A stretch of DNA of 64,000 nt from Antedon mediterranea (GCF_964355755.1 NC_092674.1:13640001-13704000); one strand, 5' to 3'. Shown: positions 14,450 to 27,348, counted from the first letter of the stretch. Program-made: numbers and translations. Notes: generated by a model from the letters alone, not told the origin.

Positions 14450-15232
14450 TTTTTAGTCGCGTGGACGCGACTCTATAGTTCACTATGTCGGTCGGTCGGT
14501 CGGTCGGTCGGTCGGTCGGTCTGTCTGTCTGTCTGTCTGTCGGTCTTTCTGTCTGTCTGTCGGTCTGTCTGTCGGTCCGGTATCACTATGCGTTTTATCG
14601 CTTTCTGACCTTATCTTGATATCAGTTTAATCTAGCTAAGTCAATTTTTCACAGTATATTCCTTTTGGCCAGGAATCGATGTGGTTATGTTTTCACGGTG
14701 CGCAATAAAAAATTACGCGGTTTACGCACGATTTAACGAAATCACGTTTGTAATCATATCTTCACAACCATGAATCACAATTAAATAAAATTGGTACTCA
14801 TAACTTTCGGGGCATAAATCGTGATATGGCAATACAATTACGTGCGTAGCGCATGTAACGCATGCGTACGCGCGCTTAAAATTTTCAAAATTTATTTTCG
14901 ATGAAATAAGAGTACGTTTCAGGCAATTTTAAGCGTTTACAAAATTGCCATGAGTGCGCAGAATTTTGCGCGTGCACTGCGCGTTCAATGTTATTGCGCA
15001 CTCTTTTTGCCCGATTTCTGTTTTCTTTACTTACTTTTCAACTCGATATTACGTTATACGAGCACGTCAAAAGTGACAGGCTACGCACGTGTAAATTACA
15101 AAAATATAAATGTTTTTAAACATTTCAACATTTTTAAACATGTTCAGTAATTTCGGTCAGTGGGTAGGTTGGTCGGTCGGTCGGTCGGTAAACACTAATG
15201 AGCACGCGACTACAGTCATCTATATGGCCTTT
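14450..15232 (+). mobile_element. HINE-like element, family A, long form
   Basis: TTTTAGTCGCGTGGACGCGACT 5' hairpin, long (GTCG)n(GTCT)n tract, body shared with 29628-30385, and a 3' subterminal inverted repeat CACGCGACTA followed by a short degenerate stem. Confidence 0.8.
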
Positions 15233-15375
15233 TTAGTCACGTGAACGTGACTCTATAGTTCACTATGTCGGTCGGTCGGTCGGTCTGTCTGTCTGTCGGT
15301 CTGTCGGTCTGTCTGTCGGTCCGGTATCACTATGCATTGTAGCACGCGACTTAATGGCTGTTGGCCTTGTTTTTT
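15230..15375 (+). mobile_element. HINE-like element, family A, minimal form, head-to-tail with the preceding copy
   Basis: 5' hairpin agtcacgtgaacgtgact, microsatellite, and 3' end agcacgcgacttaatggctgttggccttgtttttt. Confidence 0.8.
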
Positions 15376-18300
15376 AGAATGATGATTGAATAATGAACCT
15401 AGTAATTGATCATGATTTATTGAAATTTGTAATTTGAAAATTAATCTATTTATTATATAGATTGCTGGAAATTTGAAATATTGAATATTACTTGTATTAT
15501 ATTATATACTATTCACTTAATTTCCGAATAACAATAAAATTTCAATTCCAAACAATGCTTGGAAGAAAGCGAAAAATCACACTAAAATATTATGTTCCCA
15601 TTTAGTATTTAAATTATTTATTATTATTTGCATTAATATTGTTGATGTTATTTTCCTTCCTATCTACATCATTATTTGCATTAATAATTCAGTATTTGTA
15701 TTTTTTTCTATTTTGTAGGGAAACCCACTTTTATTGCACATATGACAAACAATGTGTATCTACATGATATTACACAGACTGAGGTCAATATGTTAATACA
15801 TTACAGATAATATATTGGTATTTTGTTAAATATATTTGCATTATTATTATTTACATAGAAAATATATCATAATTGATTTGTAGGCCTACCTGGTTCTGAA
15901 TGTTTACGTTCTTTGTATATATAATATGGGTACATATACCAATCTCACTAGTCTTTGCACTTTCCGGAATCTATAAAATGTGAACCGATAATGTTATTAA
16001 TATAAATCCAACTGTTTATGTAATTTAATGACATGCATTGATATTATTTTTTAACACAAGATCAGAATATTCTATTTGTAAATCATTGATCAAGGCGATG
16101 ACGATGAGGATGATGATTAAATTAAATAAATTGTGAAGAAAACTATAAAAAAAAGTTGAAGTTAAATTAATAAGTAAATTTGTTTGTCTATAATATGATG
16201 TACAAAGATGGAAGGTACTAATCTTTATACGTTTCAACATAATCAAGGTAAAACACTAATATGATTTTTGTCAGTAGTTGCATAGTAAAATCACCTACCT
16301 TCAGGCTATTGTCAGCACATAGTTTTATAAGACGTTTTTTAAGATCCATTTTTAGTTGCTATACTGTGTACTACTGTAGCAAAACATAAGAACTGGTTAA
16401 CGATGGATAATACAAATTGGTTGTAAAATATTTAATAAGAGGAATGCAAACATGGTGTGTACAGTGTTAAAGTTGTCCACTAATTAATCAAAAATAATGC
16501 TATCAAAATAAACGTTTGTATTTAGATCTAAAAAGCTTTCATAAGCATTAGTTACCGTATTAATATTTATTATCAGTAAATACTCGTGGTACAGAATAGA
16601 TCAACAATGTTCTCTCCGTCAGAAATGGTTTCAGAATTGTACAAAAACTTAAAGCATATATGCTGTAAGAGAACGAATGACTCTCAAACGGCCACCATTA
16701 CGACGACAATGTTTCTATTTATTGTGCGCAATAATGGACACCACATTTACTGCTGTATGTTTGATTTTTTATAAACAATTCTAAAATGTTTAATTTTAAT
16801 ATTAAATTTGTATATACGAAACTGATTTATTTTTACACAAACAGAGGCAATGTTCGTTAAGATAAATATCTGTTACTTGTATAGCAAAATCTGTAGTAGC
16901 TAACTAAAAATATTGTATAACTGTAAATAAATGACGTGCAAATATTGTATATAAAACACAACCCTATCTTACACTCACGTATAGTTAAGTACATCACTTA
17001 TCAAACTCAATTGACTTGTGCTGAAAGATATGTTTCCTCAATCAGTTAACTGTTTTTGTACAGAACACCAGACACTTTACATTATCGTTTGTATAAGAAG
17101 CGATAACAAGTACATTCTAAAAAGTTGCTGCAACAAGCGTGATTTGTTATTTATTGTTTGCTTTAATCTTATAATAAAGTGATTGGAGCTACACCGATGT
17201 GAATTGCCATTTTAGGTGAGCAAAGTAAATCATTATACCGATTTGGTTAACGATATCGAAGTACAATACAATTCATAATTGTGGACATACATTTCTCCAC
17301 CACTAATTCACAGAACAAAGTTTTTTTTTCAATAAAGGTTAACGTGCCAGTGACATCTAATTTTAATATTGTTCTTCTTTGATTGCAAGTGAATGCATCG
17401 TCTATTCATTTTTATATTCATTTATCGTATAGAAATATCAATCGATAGTTTATGTTGAAATTGATTGTTTTTGCATTAATTATTAACATTAACATAAATA
17501 CAAGTAAAAAGAATTATTCACTTTGAAAAAAAAGAATATTAAATGACATTATTTAATTAAATTTAAAAATAAATTATTATTCAAAAAAATTCAAAAATTA
17601 CCACAAAAATGTGCTACATTATCTATAAAAATCTATTATTTCCAACTATTTTACATTCCTACCTAAAGTTGATGCGTAAATATTTTTAAATATTCATGTG
17701 ATACATTTTCTACTTACATAAGTATACCTACATATATCTAGATTTATAAAGCAAACATATAAAAAAAATGTACAAGAAGTTTATTACTGCCACTAATAAA
17801 AGCAAGAATACTTGAACTGAAATAGGAAGAATATTATGTTAATGAAATGAAAGTTTGACAGAGTTCTATAACCAGGCGAAGCCGAGTGCAGAAAACAAGT
17901 CAATCTTCTAAGGACTATTCTCTCCGTTCAAATAATATAAAATATTCATTTTTAGGTTCAATGTTAGTTATACAATGTACGATTACATAATTAAGAGGCA
18001 TTTAAAAAATATATAATTCCATTTTTTTTTAAATATATTTTAATGAATGCATGTTAGAAGAAAGGAATTGATTCTAAATAGGCTGCTGCATGTTTTTTTG
18101 TGTTAAAATTGAATAGTGCATTATTATTAGCAAATCCGCGTATGATGTATGACGTCTCATCCATACTTTATTATTTGTTTTTATGTTGTGGATATCAACT
18201 TTTAATTTCAATTCATAGTTTCAGTCATTCAATTCTATATAACCCCAAATAGTCATGTATCAGATTATATAACCTGTACCCAATATAGTATACTCTTAGT

Positions 18301-19613
18301 GTGCTAAATTTGATAAAACCTAACGTATTCAATAGGTAAATGAATTTTATATGTATAATATGAAATTAAAACTCAGTGGATATAGGAGAATAGGTAACAA
18401 AATATTACGATTGTGTAAATCTTTGTTGAATTCATGTATTAAGACAGTAGGATATATTATGGTTACGTTTAGATTTAAGCATAATTATAAATGAAATAAC
18501 TCAACTGTTGGAAAGAAAAGAGAATGCATGTACAATATATAATATATGTCATTAATTGGCACTATTTCAAGAAACAAGAATAATAATACTATAGAACAAC
18601 ATTTTAACGTTATAAATAATCTAATATTCATACATTTTATTCAGCATTTACTGACTAATTGTATAACACATGTAAACAGAGGCGCCATCTCATTTACAGC
18701 CAAGATTATTACGTCTATTATGCAAAGTTTGAAATATTAAATAACGTCAACGATATTTGATACCCCTCTTATTGTTGTGGAGTAGTCCTCTAAGGAGGCT
18801 TCTGATCGGTGGGTGGATTTGTAATCTAAGGAGGAAGAAACCCACATGTGAGGCAGTGGAGCTCCAACCTTGAACAGGAAGAGTCATAGGCTTAAAAATT
18901 ATCTGATCCAATCCATACTAGAAATTATTTTGTACCTGAAGTTACACGCAATTATTAAGTAGGGCATATCATTTCTATTGTGCACTGTATCATCAGTTGT
19001 GGAAAGAATAAAACACCTCCTGAATTCGTAACCGATGGTAGTTTGTGCTTCTGTACGTCATATTACTTACTATCGTCGTCGGAATAACACTGACGCCGAA
19101 CCCGCTAACAACGAGGCATGGAAACGTTACAATACCTTATCCTACGTCGATCAGATTTATAACGTATTTGGAGAATTTTCTCTTATAGGTTTTTCCCTTT
19201 TTCGAGCGGGTTATATTTCAATTTAGCACACAACGTATATGCATAAACAAGTACCTAGTTTTTCTTATTTTTCTTTATTTAACTATTTTTTTATAGCGTC
19301 GCTTTATGTACGGATATGTATGTTAAAATTGAATAAATTCATCTCCTTCCCAACATTTTTTATTTTTAGAATCAAATTTTCGTGCGTTAACATCGCACTT
19401 TTTCAAGGTAGTGGTGTCAACTTGATTTGTCGACACTGATCATGGCAAAGTCAAGTGATGTTGTTGTGACACGCGCTCTCTCTGAGTTTTTACTTGAATA
19501 CCTCTGGGTGAATCCCAGTGCGATGCTAACGCACGAAACGTTGGTAAGTTCAACGTTAATTTGTCCTTCACTAGAAACGAAAATTTGATTCTAAAAATAT
19601 TTTTTGAAAGGAG

Positions 19614-20215
19614 ATGAATTTATTCAATTTTATTCGAAATGATTATGGTCAGGATGGTGTAAAATTAGTGCGCCTAAAAGAGAAAATTGTGACGAAGGCT
19701 TTGCGCCAAAGAAATCACCGGATATTCGCTCTATACTGCAAACGCTTAGACATAAAACCACCAAGTCTAAAATTAATGTGCCATATTAACACCACACGGG
19801 GACACGATATTATCAAAAAAGCGGAACGTTGTTTGATTAGAGAAAGAATACGAATCACTACAAACAACATCAACAAATTAGCTAAGAAAGAGGAAAAACT
19901 AGAAGAGAAAATAGTTGAAATAATCACCGATGACACAACTCGAGCGGACGTTCACAGGCATGTTGAGTATGCGAGAGAAATCGAATTCCTGAAAGTACGT
20001 AATCGTCAACAAAACAAATTACATTGGATAAAAGTCAAAAACTACTAGCTGGATTAAATCACGAAATACAATTGGACGGCAAACAACTTAAAGACAGATG
20101 GTTGGTGAACATATCCAGCAAAAAAATAGTTTAGACCAGAAGCAGGTGCTTAAAAAGGGGCTTAATTTCGCCATTATCGAGAGCCGAATACCGGTAAATG
20201 AGTTGAAACGGCAGC
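19614..20215 (+). pseudogene. Penelope-like element ORF N-terminus, truncated
   Basis: MNLF..IRNDYGQ...RNHRIF..C....PPSLKL...KAERCLIRERI, continuing after a stop as WLVNISSK..QVLKKGLNFAI..RIPV. This is a typical Penelope/Poseidon N-terminal region. A pLTR-like segment with GAAACG and a GTAAGT donor lies upstream. Confidence 0.8.
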
Positions 20216-20457
20216 AAACCTGGGCCAGGTACCCATAGAAGAAAAAAGGAAGACAGGATTGCTAGGACAGAATCTCCACTCACGCTCACGGAGGTTCAAC
20301 TGTATTAACCATTAAGAAAAAGAAATGATTAAGCCGTCACTTTATCATCCTGAATTGAGTTTGATGCTTACCGTGTTGTACTTTGTTATATTGTCAGTTT
20401 TATACAATAACATCTTTCATTAAATATTTATTAAAATGAATGAGTCCATGACTCTAA

Positions 20458-20672
20458 TTTTTATGATGGTAGGCCAAATTGTATGAAATTTATAGGAATT
20501 AAAATTATGCCAAGAAAATTTAAATAATGTGTCAATATATTTGTTAAAATATCAAATAATAGTCATAAACTTAGAAAATAAGCCATTTCAATTCAATTTT
20601 TTTATGGTAGGCCAAATGGTATGAGATTTATAGGAATTAAAATTAGGCCAAGAAAATGTCAGTAATTTGTGT
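20458..20672 (+). repeat. Tandem repeat of about 140 bp; the second unit is split by the LTR element and resumes at 25780-25865
   Basis: atggtaggccaaat..ataggaattaaaatta..ccaagaaaat occurs twice. gtgtcaatatatttgttaaa..aataatagtca follows directly in unit 1 and after the 3' LTR in unit 2. Confidence 0.8.
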
Positions 20673-20805
20673 TGTGATGGGTTTGTTACACGGAAGTGTG
20701 CCCTCTAGAGTAAAAGAGAGAGGATGAATAAAGATGGACGACAACTACAACGTGTTTTGTTATGTTCTTATTGTTGGTTTCAGCCTAACGAGCGAGCCCG
20801 TAACA
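20673..20805 (+). repeat. 5' LTR
   Basis: TGTGA...TAACA with AATAAA; 4 substitutions relative to the 3' LTR. Confidence 0.95.
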
Positions 20806-20808
20806 AAT

Positions 20809-20826
20809 TGGGGGGTCATCCGAGAA
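20809..20826 (+). promoter_or_regulatory. Primer binding site, tRNA-Pro-like, degenerate
   Basis: tggggggtcatccgagaa versus TGGGGGCTCGTCCGGGAT (14/18), 3 nt after the LTR. Confidence 0.75.
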
Positions 20827-21157
20827 CAAAGTACGGAATTGTAGTTGTAGATCGAACTGATGGTAATTTTAGTTACTTATTCTAAGCTGGTTTTAGGTTT
20901 AGAGGCGTTTTATAACGAACGAGGTTTGGCGGTCGTCGAGCCAGTACACTGTGCTGTTGTTTTAGGCTTGTGTAGGCTTTCCTGTGATAGTAGAAGTCGG
21001 TTTGGCTTTGAATTTAGGGGTCTAGTTATTGAGACCACGGCGCACGGTAGGTTTAATACTGAGTGGGCTTGGCAGGTATTTCATTACTGGTGCCTTAATT
21101 ATAGTCATATTGGTTATTTTAACCTGTGTTTTTGTTTGTTTGTTTCGAATAGAAACT

Positions 21158-22225
21158 ATGTCAGAAAGTGATTTTGACGAGGAATTTTTGGACAGCATGT
21201 CCATTGAGGTGGTAGCTCAGCTATCAGATGAGCGTTTGCGACTCCTAGGTACTAGGGTTGGAGCATCTATAAATGATTCCATGAATAAATATGACTTGAT
21301 AAATATGATTGGAAATCATGTTGGTTTAATTACTCATGAATCCGTAAAAACTGCGGGGAATGAGGTCGAGTTGGCTAGAATTGAGTTGGAACGTGAAAAA
21401 TTGATTTTTGAAAGAAGAAAAATAGAGATGCAAACTCAAAGAGAAATGGAAAAAGAAAAACATGGATTTGAGTTAAGGAAATTAGAATTAGCTAACCAAA
21501 TGGGTCACACCACACGGGTTTCTACACCTAATGATTCAGAGATTACTCAGAATATTAAATGGGTTCCCAAGTTTAATGAGGACGAGGTAGAGACATATTT
21601 TTTAGCTTTTGAGAAAATTGCTAATAGATTAAAGTGGCCTGCTAGACACTGGACTGTGTTGTTACAAACTGCTCTTGTGGGTAAAGCCCAAGAGGTATTT
21701 TCTGCATTGGCTGATGATCAATGTGAAAGCTATGATGCGGTTAAAACTGCTGTTTTGTCAGCTTATGAGTTAGTTCCAGAGGCGTATCGTCAGAAATTTA
21801 GGAACTAAGTTAAACCTTATGATCAAACGTTTACAGCATTTGCACGTAAGAAGCAGATTCTTTTTGTTAGATGGTGTAGTTCGGAAGGAGTAAACGGTGA
21901 ATTTGGAAAGCTTCGTGAGCTTATGTTAGTTGAGGAGTTTAAATCTTGTTCCCCTACTGAAGTTCGTACACATCTAGAGGAGCAGAAAGTTGATAATTTA
22001 ATGAAAGCGGCTTCTGTTGCCGATAATTATGTGCTCACGCACAAGGTGGTGGATACCAAATCGGTTTCCAAATCTGTTGATGATTCTAAGGTCCAAAGTC
22101 AGAAAACTACAGTTAATAGTAGTAGTAAATTTGTCAGAACTTGTTTTTACTGCAAGAAAAAGGGTCATATAAAGGCAGATTGCTGGCTGTTTCAAAGAAA
22201 CCCCAATCACTTCCAAACACGTTAG
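21158..22225 (+). pseudogene. gag: Gag with SCAN-like region and CCHC zinc knuckle; in-frame stop at 21806-21808
   Basis: VPKFNEDEVETYFLAFEK, AYELVPEAYRQKFR, EEFK and CFYCKKKGHIKADC. Confidence 0.9.
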
Positions 22226-22656
22226 TAAATACAGTCCCGTTGAAAGTGACAGCGAGTTATGACGTTGATGAATGTGAGAAGTTGATCCAATCTTCAGGTC
22301 CGGAAAAAGTGCGAAAGTTATGTAAGCCTTTCCTCTCTACTGGTTCTGTAGCATTGATCAACGATGTGAATCTGAGTAAAGTTCGTGTCTTAAGAGACAC
22401 AGGGGCGTCACAATCCATGATAATAGAATCGGCATTGTCATTTTCAAACGAGTCTTCTGCTGGAGCAAGTGTGCTCATTCAAGGTGTTGAAGGGGGTTAT
22501 AAGGAAGTCCCACTTCATGTAATTCGGATTGAAACAGATATTGTTAGCGGAGATTTTGTTGTCGGTGTCGTTCCGAGTCTTCCAGTATGGGGTGTCACAC
22601 TCCTTTTGGGGAATGATTTGGCCGGAGACAGAGTGACAGTAGAACCGGTTGTGTGA
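22225..22656 (+). pseudogene. Aspartic protease region, frameshifted relative to gag and followed by an in-frame stop
   Basis: LRDTGASQS active site and LLLGNDLAG motif. Confidence 0.9.
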
Positions 22657-22683
22657 AAGAGTCCTGTTGAAGACGAAAGCACG

Positions 22684-23931
22684 GTGTATTTAGAGAAAGA
22701 ATTATCACATGTGTTTCCATCATGTGCGGTGACGCGATCTATGGCAAATAAAACCATAGATGAGGATGAGAGTATTGACTTATGTGATAGTTTTTACGGA
22801 GACATTACGGATCGCGTTTCCCAAGAGGCTGTCTGCTCAGGTCCCGAGTCACACACTGCCCAGGCTGAACAACATCACCCAAAAGTGTGTGATTTTGGTC
22901 CGACAGTTCTCAATCTGTCTAGGTTAGTGGAAGAGCAGAGTAATGATCCTGATTTGGTGTCATTTGGTCAGCAAGCTCTTTCTGTAGAGGAAATGTCTAT
23001 TGTTCCTGTTTGTTATTATATAAAGGATGGCATACTTATGCGTAAGTGGAGGCCACCAGATATTCCAAGTAGTGATGTTTGGAATGAGATTCACCAGATA
23101 GTTATTCCTAGTGGATACCATCAGGATATTATTGGTATTGCGCATGATGATCCTCTTTCAGGTCATTTAGGTGTCAATAAAACGGTAGAAAAAATACTCA
23201 GGTATTTCTTTTGGGCAGGTCTTAGAAAAGATGTATCTAACTATTGTAAATCCTGTCATGCGTGTCAGGTAGTGGGGAAGCCTAATCAAAAGGTTCCAGT
23301 AGCCCCACTTAAGCCTATTCCTGCATTCGGTGAACCATTTTTAAGAGTTATTGTTGATTGTGTGGGACCACTACCACGTACTAAAAATGGAAATGAGTAT
23401 CTATTAACAATAATGTGTGCATCAAGTAGGTTTCCAGAAGCGATTCCTCTTAGGCGTATTACAGCTAAGAATTTTGTTAAAGCATTGGTAACATTTTTTA
23501 CATGGGTAGGATTGCCTAAAGCTGTTCAGTCCAATCAAGGATCAAACTTCATGTCAAAGATATTTAAACAAGTCTTAGAGCAGTTAGGTGTTGCCCATAT
23601 AAGTTCAAGTGCTTACCATCCACAGTCTCAAGGGGCACTTGAGAGATTTCATCAAACACTTAAGAATATGCTTAAAACCTATTGTTTTCAATGTGAAAAG
23701 GAATGGGATGAGGGAGTTCCCTTATTGTTATTCGCTGTTCGTGAAACAGTGCAAGAGTCCTTAGGGTTTAGCCCATTTGAGTTGGTGTATGGTCATTCGG
23801 TCCGAGGCCCTCTTAAAATAGTCAAAGAAAGGCTGTTAGAAAATGCAGAAGATTCTGTATCGATACTAGTTTATGTGTCTGAATTTCGTGATCGATTAAA
23901 TCGTAAAAAAAACAAAAAAAAAAAATTATGA
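22684..23931 (+). pseudogene. Integrase with a catalytic D-to-N change and missing C-terminus
   Basis: HHCC zinc finger (AHDDPLSGHLG...CHAC), VDCVGP, SNQGSNF where SDQG is expected, and LERFHQTLK. The frame ends in an A-run. Confidence 0.9.
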
Positions 23932-24043
23932 AGAGTTTTGTGATCCTGATACATGTGTTAAGTTCAGTAATTCAGATGTTCTTGCAAACATTGAAGAGAA
24001 AGTTGGTCATTTATCTCGTGATCGTAAGGATGAAATTGTTAGT

Positions 24044-25384
24044 TTGATATTTGGAAATCTGCAGTTGTTTTCGGATGTTCAAGGTCGAACGAACTTAGTG
24101 GAGCATGATGTTAAGACAGCTGATTGTTCACAAATAAAACAAAATCCATATAGAGCAAATCCGTTCAAGAAGGAGATATTACAAAATGAGATTGACTACA
24201 TGATTAAGAATGATATAATCGAGCCTAGTTGCAGTGCTTGGAGTTCTCCATGTATATTGGTTCCGAAGCCAGATAAATCGTATCGTTTTTGTACTGATTA
24301 TCGGAAGGTTAATGCAAAATCTACTACAGATTCATATCCCATACCGAGGATAGACGACTGTATTGATCGTGTGGGTAGTGCTAAGTTTGTCAGTATATTT
24401 GATCTTTTAAAGGGTTACTGGCAAATTCCTTTAACAGAGCGTGCGAAAGAAGTGTCAGCTTTTGTAACTCCTATGGGTCTTTATCAGTATAAGGTCATGC
24501 CTTTCGGTTTAAAGAATGCACCAGCCACGTTCCAGAGATTGGTTAATGGTATAATTTCAGGGTTGGAGGGCTGTGAAGCTTATATAGACGATTTGGTTGT
24601 TTATAGTGATACATGGGATGTTCATGTGCAGAGAATTAAGGCATTGTTTGATAGGTTGACAGCTGCAAAGTTGACAGTAAATTTGGTGAAAAGCGAGTTT
24701 TCCTGTGCAGAAATAGTGTTCTTAGCTCAAAAAGTTGGTTGCGGAAAAGTGAAACCATTAAGTGCTAAGATTAAGGCAGTCTGTGATTTCCCAATTCCAA
24801 AGAGTAAGCAGGAGTTAATGCGGTTCCTGGGAATGGCTGGGTTTTATCGACGTTTTTGCAAAAGTTTCTCAACGCTTGTAGCTCCATTAACGAATCTGCT
24901 GAAAAAGAATGCGAGTTTTGTGTGGTTGGAGGAATGCAATAATGCGTTCATTAAAGTTAAAGCGATGTTATTAAACGAACCGGTGTTGATGGCTCCACAA
25001 TTTGATAAACAGTTCTCGTTAATGATTGATGCCAGTGATGTTGGTTCTGGAGCTGTGTTGGCGCAAACAGACGAGAATGGTGTTGACAAGCCTGTGTGTT
25101 TCTACTCGAGAAAATTCAACCAGCATGAGAAACGTTATTCTACTGTTGAGAAGGAGACATTAGCTTTGATGTCAGCGTTAAAGCACTTTGAAGTGTATCT
25201 TGGATCTACTCCGTTTCCAATTGTAGTTTGGACGGACCACAACCCATTAACGTTCTTGGCAAGAATGAAGGACAAGAATCAACGCTTGCTGAGATGGAGT
25301 TTAATAGTTCAAGAAATGAATCTGGAAATTCATCATATCAGAGGAAAAGACAATGTTGTAGCTGACGCTTTGTCAAGAGTTTAG
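24044..25384 (+). CDS. pol: Reverse transcriptase-RNase H region of pol (open frame within a disabled element)
   Basis: RFCTDYRKVN, DLLKGYWQ, MPFGLKNAPATFQ, YIDD, DASDVG, EKE, TDH and ADALSR motifs. Confidence 0.92.
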   Translation: MIFGNLQLFSDVQGRTNLVEHDVKTADCSQIKQNPYRANPFKKEILQNEIDYMIKNDIIEPSCSAWSSPCILVPKPDKSYRFCTDYRKVNAKSTTDSYPIPRIDDCIDRVGSAKFVSIFDLLKGYWQIPLTERAKEVSAFVTPMGLYQYKVMPFGLKNAPATFQRLVNGIISGLEGCEAYIDDLVVYSDTWDVHVQRIKALFDRLTAAKLTVNLVKSEFSCAEIVFLAQKVGCGKVKPLSAKIKAVCDFPIPKSKQELMRFLGMAGFYRRFCKSFSTLVAPLTNLLKKNASFVWLEECNNAFIKVKAMLLNEPVLMAPQFDKQFSLMIDASDVGSGAVLAQTDENGVDKPVCFYSRKFNQHEKRYSTVEKETLALMSALKHFEVYLGSTPFPIVVWTDHNPLTFLARMKDKNQRLLRWSLIVQEMNLEIHHIRGKDNVVADALSRV

Positions 25385-25646
25385 ATAAAACATGCATGAA
25401 AAGATTTTAAAAGTTTTGTTGATTTTAAAAGTATTTATTGAATTATAATATGTTAGTTGTGATAGAGTGATGCATTTATAGCATACACGGATTTAAAGTA
25501 ATTAGAACTTGTGGAATGTTAAAGAAGCAGTGAAGTAAATTCATATCAACGACCTGTTAAAATAACTACTGTATAAGAAAAGATTTAAGATAATATAGTA
25601 AACAGTTATAAGTTTAATCATATCAAACTTTCTTTAAGTGGGGGTG

Positions 25647-25779
25647 TGTGATAAGTTTGTTACACGGAAGTGAGCCCTCTAGAGTAAAAGAGAGGGGATG
25701 AATAAAGATGGACGACAACTACAACGTGTTTTGTTATGTTCTTATTGTTGGTTTCAGCCTAACGAGCGAGCCCGTAACA
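25647..25779 (+). repeat. 3' LTR preceded by a polypurine tract
   Basis: Direct repeat of 20673-20805. AAGTGGGGGTG lies immediately upstream and the GTGT TSD follows. Confidence 0.95.
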
Positions 25780-26353
25780 GTGTCAATATATTTGTTAAAC
25801 TATCGAATAATAGTCAAAAATTTGGCGCATACTGCGTTACTTACAAAACAAGACATTTCAATTCCTTATTAATTATTCATTCATTCAATCTTTTATTTCG
25901 GAAACTCTGGTCCATAGAAAGTAAATTACATATAAATGAAATAAATAAAATAAACAAAATCACTACTACTCATCTCAGGATGGCATTCCATCTGGAGAGC
26001 ATCTTCGACTTAACTAAGACGTTGCTTATAATCGTTGAGATTAAAATATTTTTGCTTGCATTAAGTCTACACATCAGGCCATATATTGATATTCTTAACA
26101 ATAAAAAGAGGGAATTCTACATTCCGTAAACATGAGGCTGGCACTTATAAATGCTTTGTGAGTATAAATGCCGGCGCCATCCATTGAGGAACTAAAATTA
26201 TCACAACTCCAAACATTTCGTTTTAATTCAAATGACACACTGCAAAAAAACCCGAACGTATCTTATAATTATGCTGTATAAATCCTTTTTGATCTTTAAA
26301 CAGTAGTTAGATAGTACATCAAACTCAATTTAGTTTTACCGAAAACCAAACTA

Positions 26354-27348
26354 AGGTCGTGTTCGTACGGTGGTTAAAATAAGCGCTTATATTTCACCCA
26401 TGCCTCGGGTTATAACTTGAGCGTTGTTCGTACTTGAAATATTTAACCGCTTAAATGCTTAATCGACGAATCACAAACCGGAAATTACGTTTTAAGGTCA
26501 GTTGTCTTTACAACCTACGACCCCATTTTCGCACGCTAGTTTCGTGTTGTATATTTTTCACTCGCGATCTTTCTTTACAATAACAATTACTTGCTACCTT
26601 TTACACTGCTTATCCTTGCGACAAACCTTATGCCTCTTAACGCCGATAATCCTGCCGAAATATTCCTTCTCCTGACGACCATTATTTTACTCATTGACGA
26701 AGAATTTGAGCCATGTGACACGACGGAAACACCACCAACCAGCTAGGCCTACTAAGCGGTCTACACCAACAAGGACAGCACCAGCTGACGATCGCTCTCG
26801 AAGCGTGTATGGAAGAGCTTCGTAGGAGAAATGACGGGCCTAGGCAGCGAACATTTGTCAAAATTTGACACATTGCCTCTATCGGAGATTTATTATTCTC
26901 GAAGGCCGAGTATAATTGGGGCCTGTTCGTAGGGGTTGAAAATACCAGCTTATTTCCGATTTCCGTTCGCGTGATCCAATTAACTTTTGCCTCAGGCTAC
27001 AAAAAATTCGAGGCAAAATGTTCACCAAATTTGCAGGTTATTACAGCAATAATCCAATTATACTCGGCCTTCGAGGATAATAAATCTCCGATAGAGGCAA
27101 TGTGTCAAATTTAAGCGGTTAAATATTTCAAGTACGAACAACGCTCAATTTATAACCCAAGGCATGGGTGAAATTAAGTGCTTATTTTAACCACCGTACG
27201 AACACGACCTTGGATTATCGCTGAAATAACCTGCAAATTTGGTGAACATTTTGCCTCAAATTTTTTGTAGCCTGAGGCAAAAGTTAATTTGATCACGCGA
27301 ACGGAAATCGGGAATAAGCTGGTATTTTCAACCCCTACGAACAGGCCC
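26354..27348. mobile_element. Harbinger-like MITE containing an inverted shorter copy of itself (26919-27210)
   Basis: TIR-like ends aggtcgtgttcgta and gggcctgttcgta (the latter read on the minus strand), CTA flanks, and three pairs of internal inverted repeats. Confidence 0.75.

Larger units (their letters stand above)
20673..25779 (+). mobile_element. Ty3/Gypsy LTR retrotransposon, Gmr1-like (integrase upstream of RT)
   Basis: Two 133-bp TG...CA LTRs, 4-bp TSD GTGT, tRNA-Pro-like PBS, PPT, and gag-PR-INT-RT-RNaseH domain order. Confidence 0.95.

Noticed and set aside
25698-26129. 143-aa ORF starting in the 3' LTR
   Set aside because: A chance read-through across the LTR, tandem repeat and low-complexity DNA.
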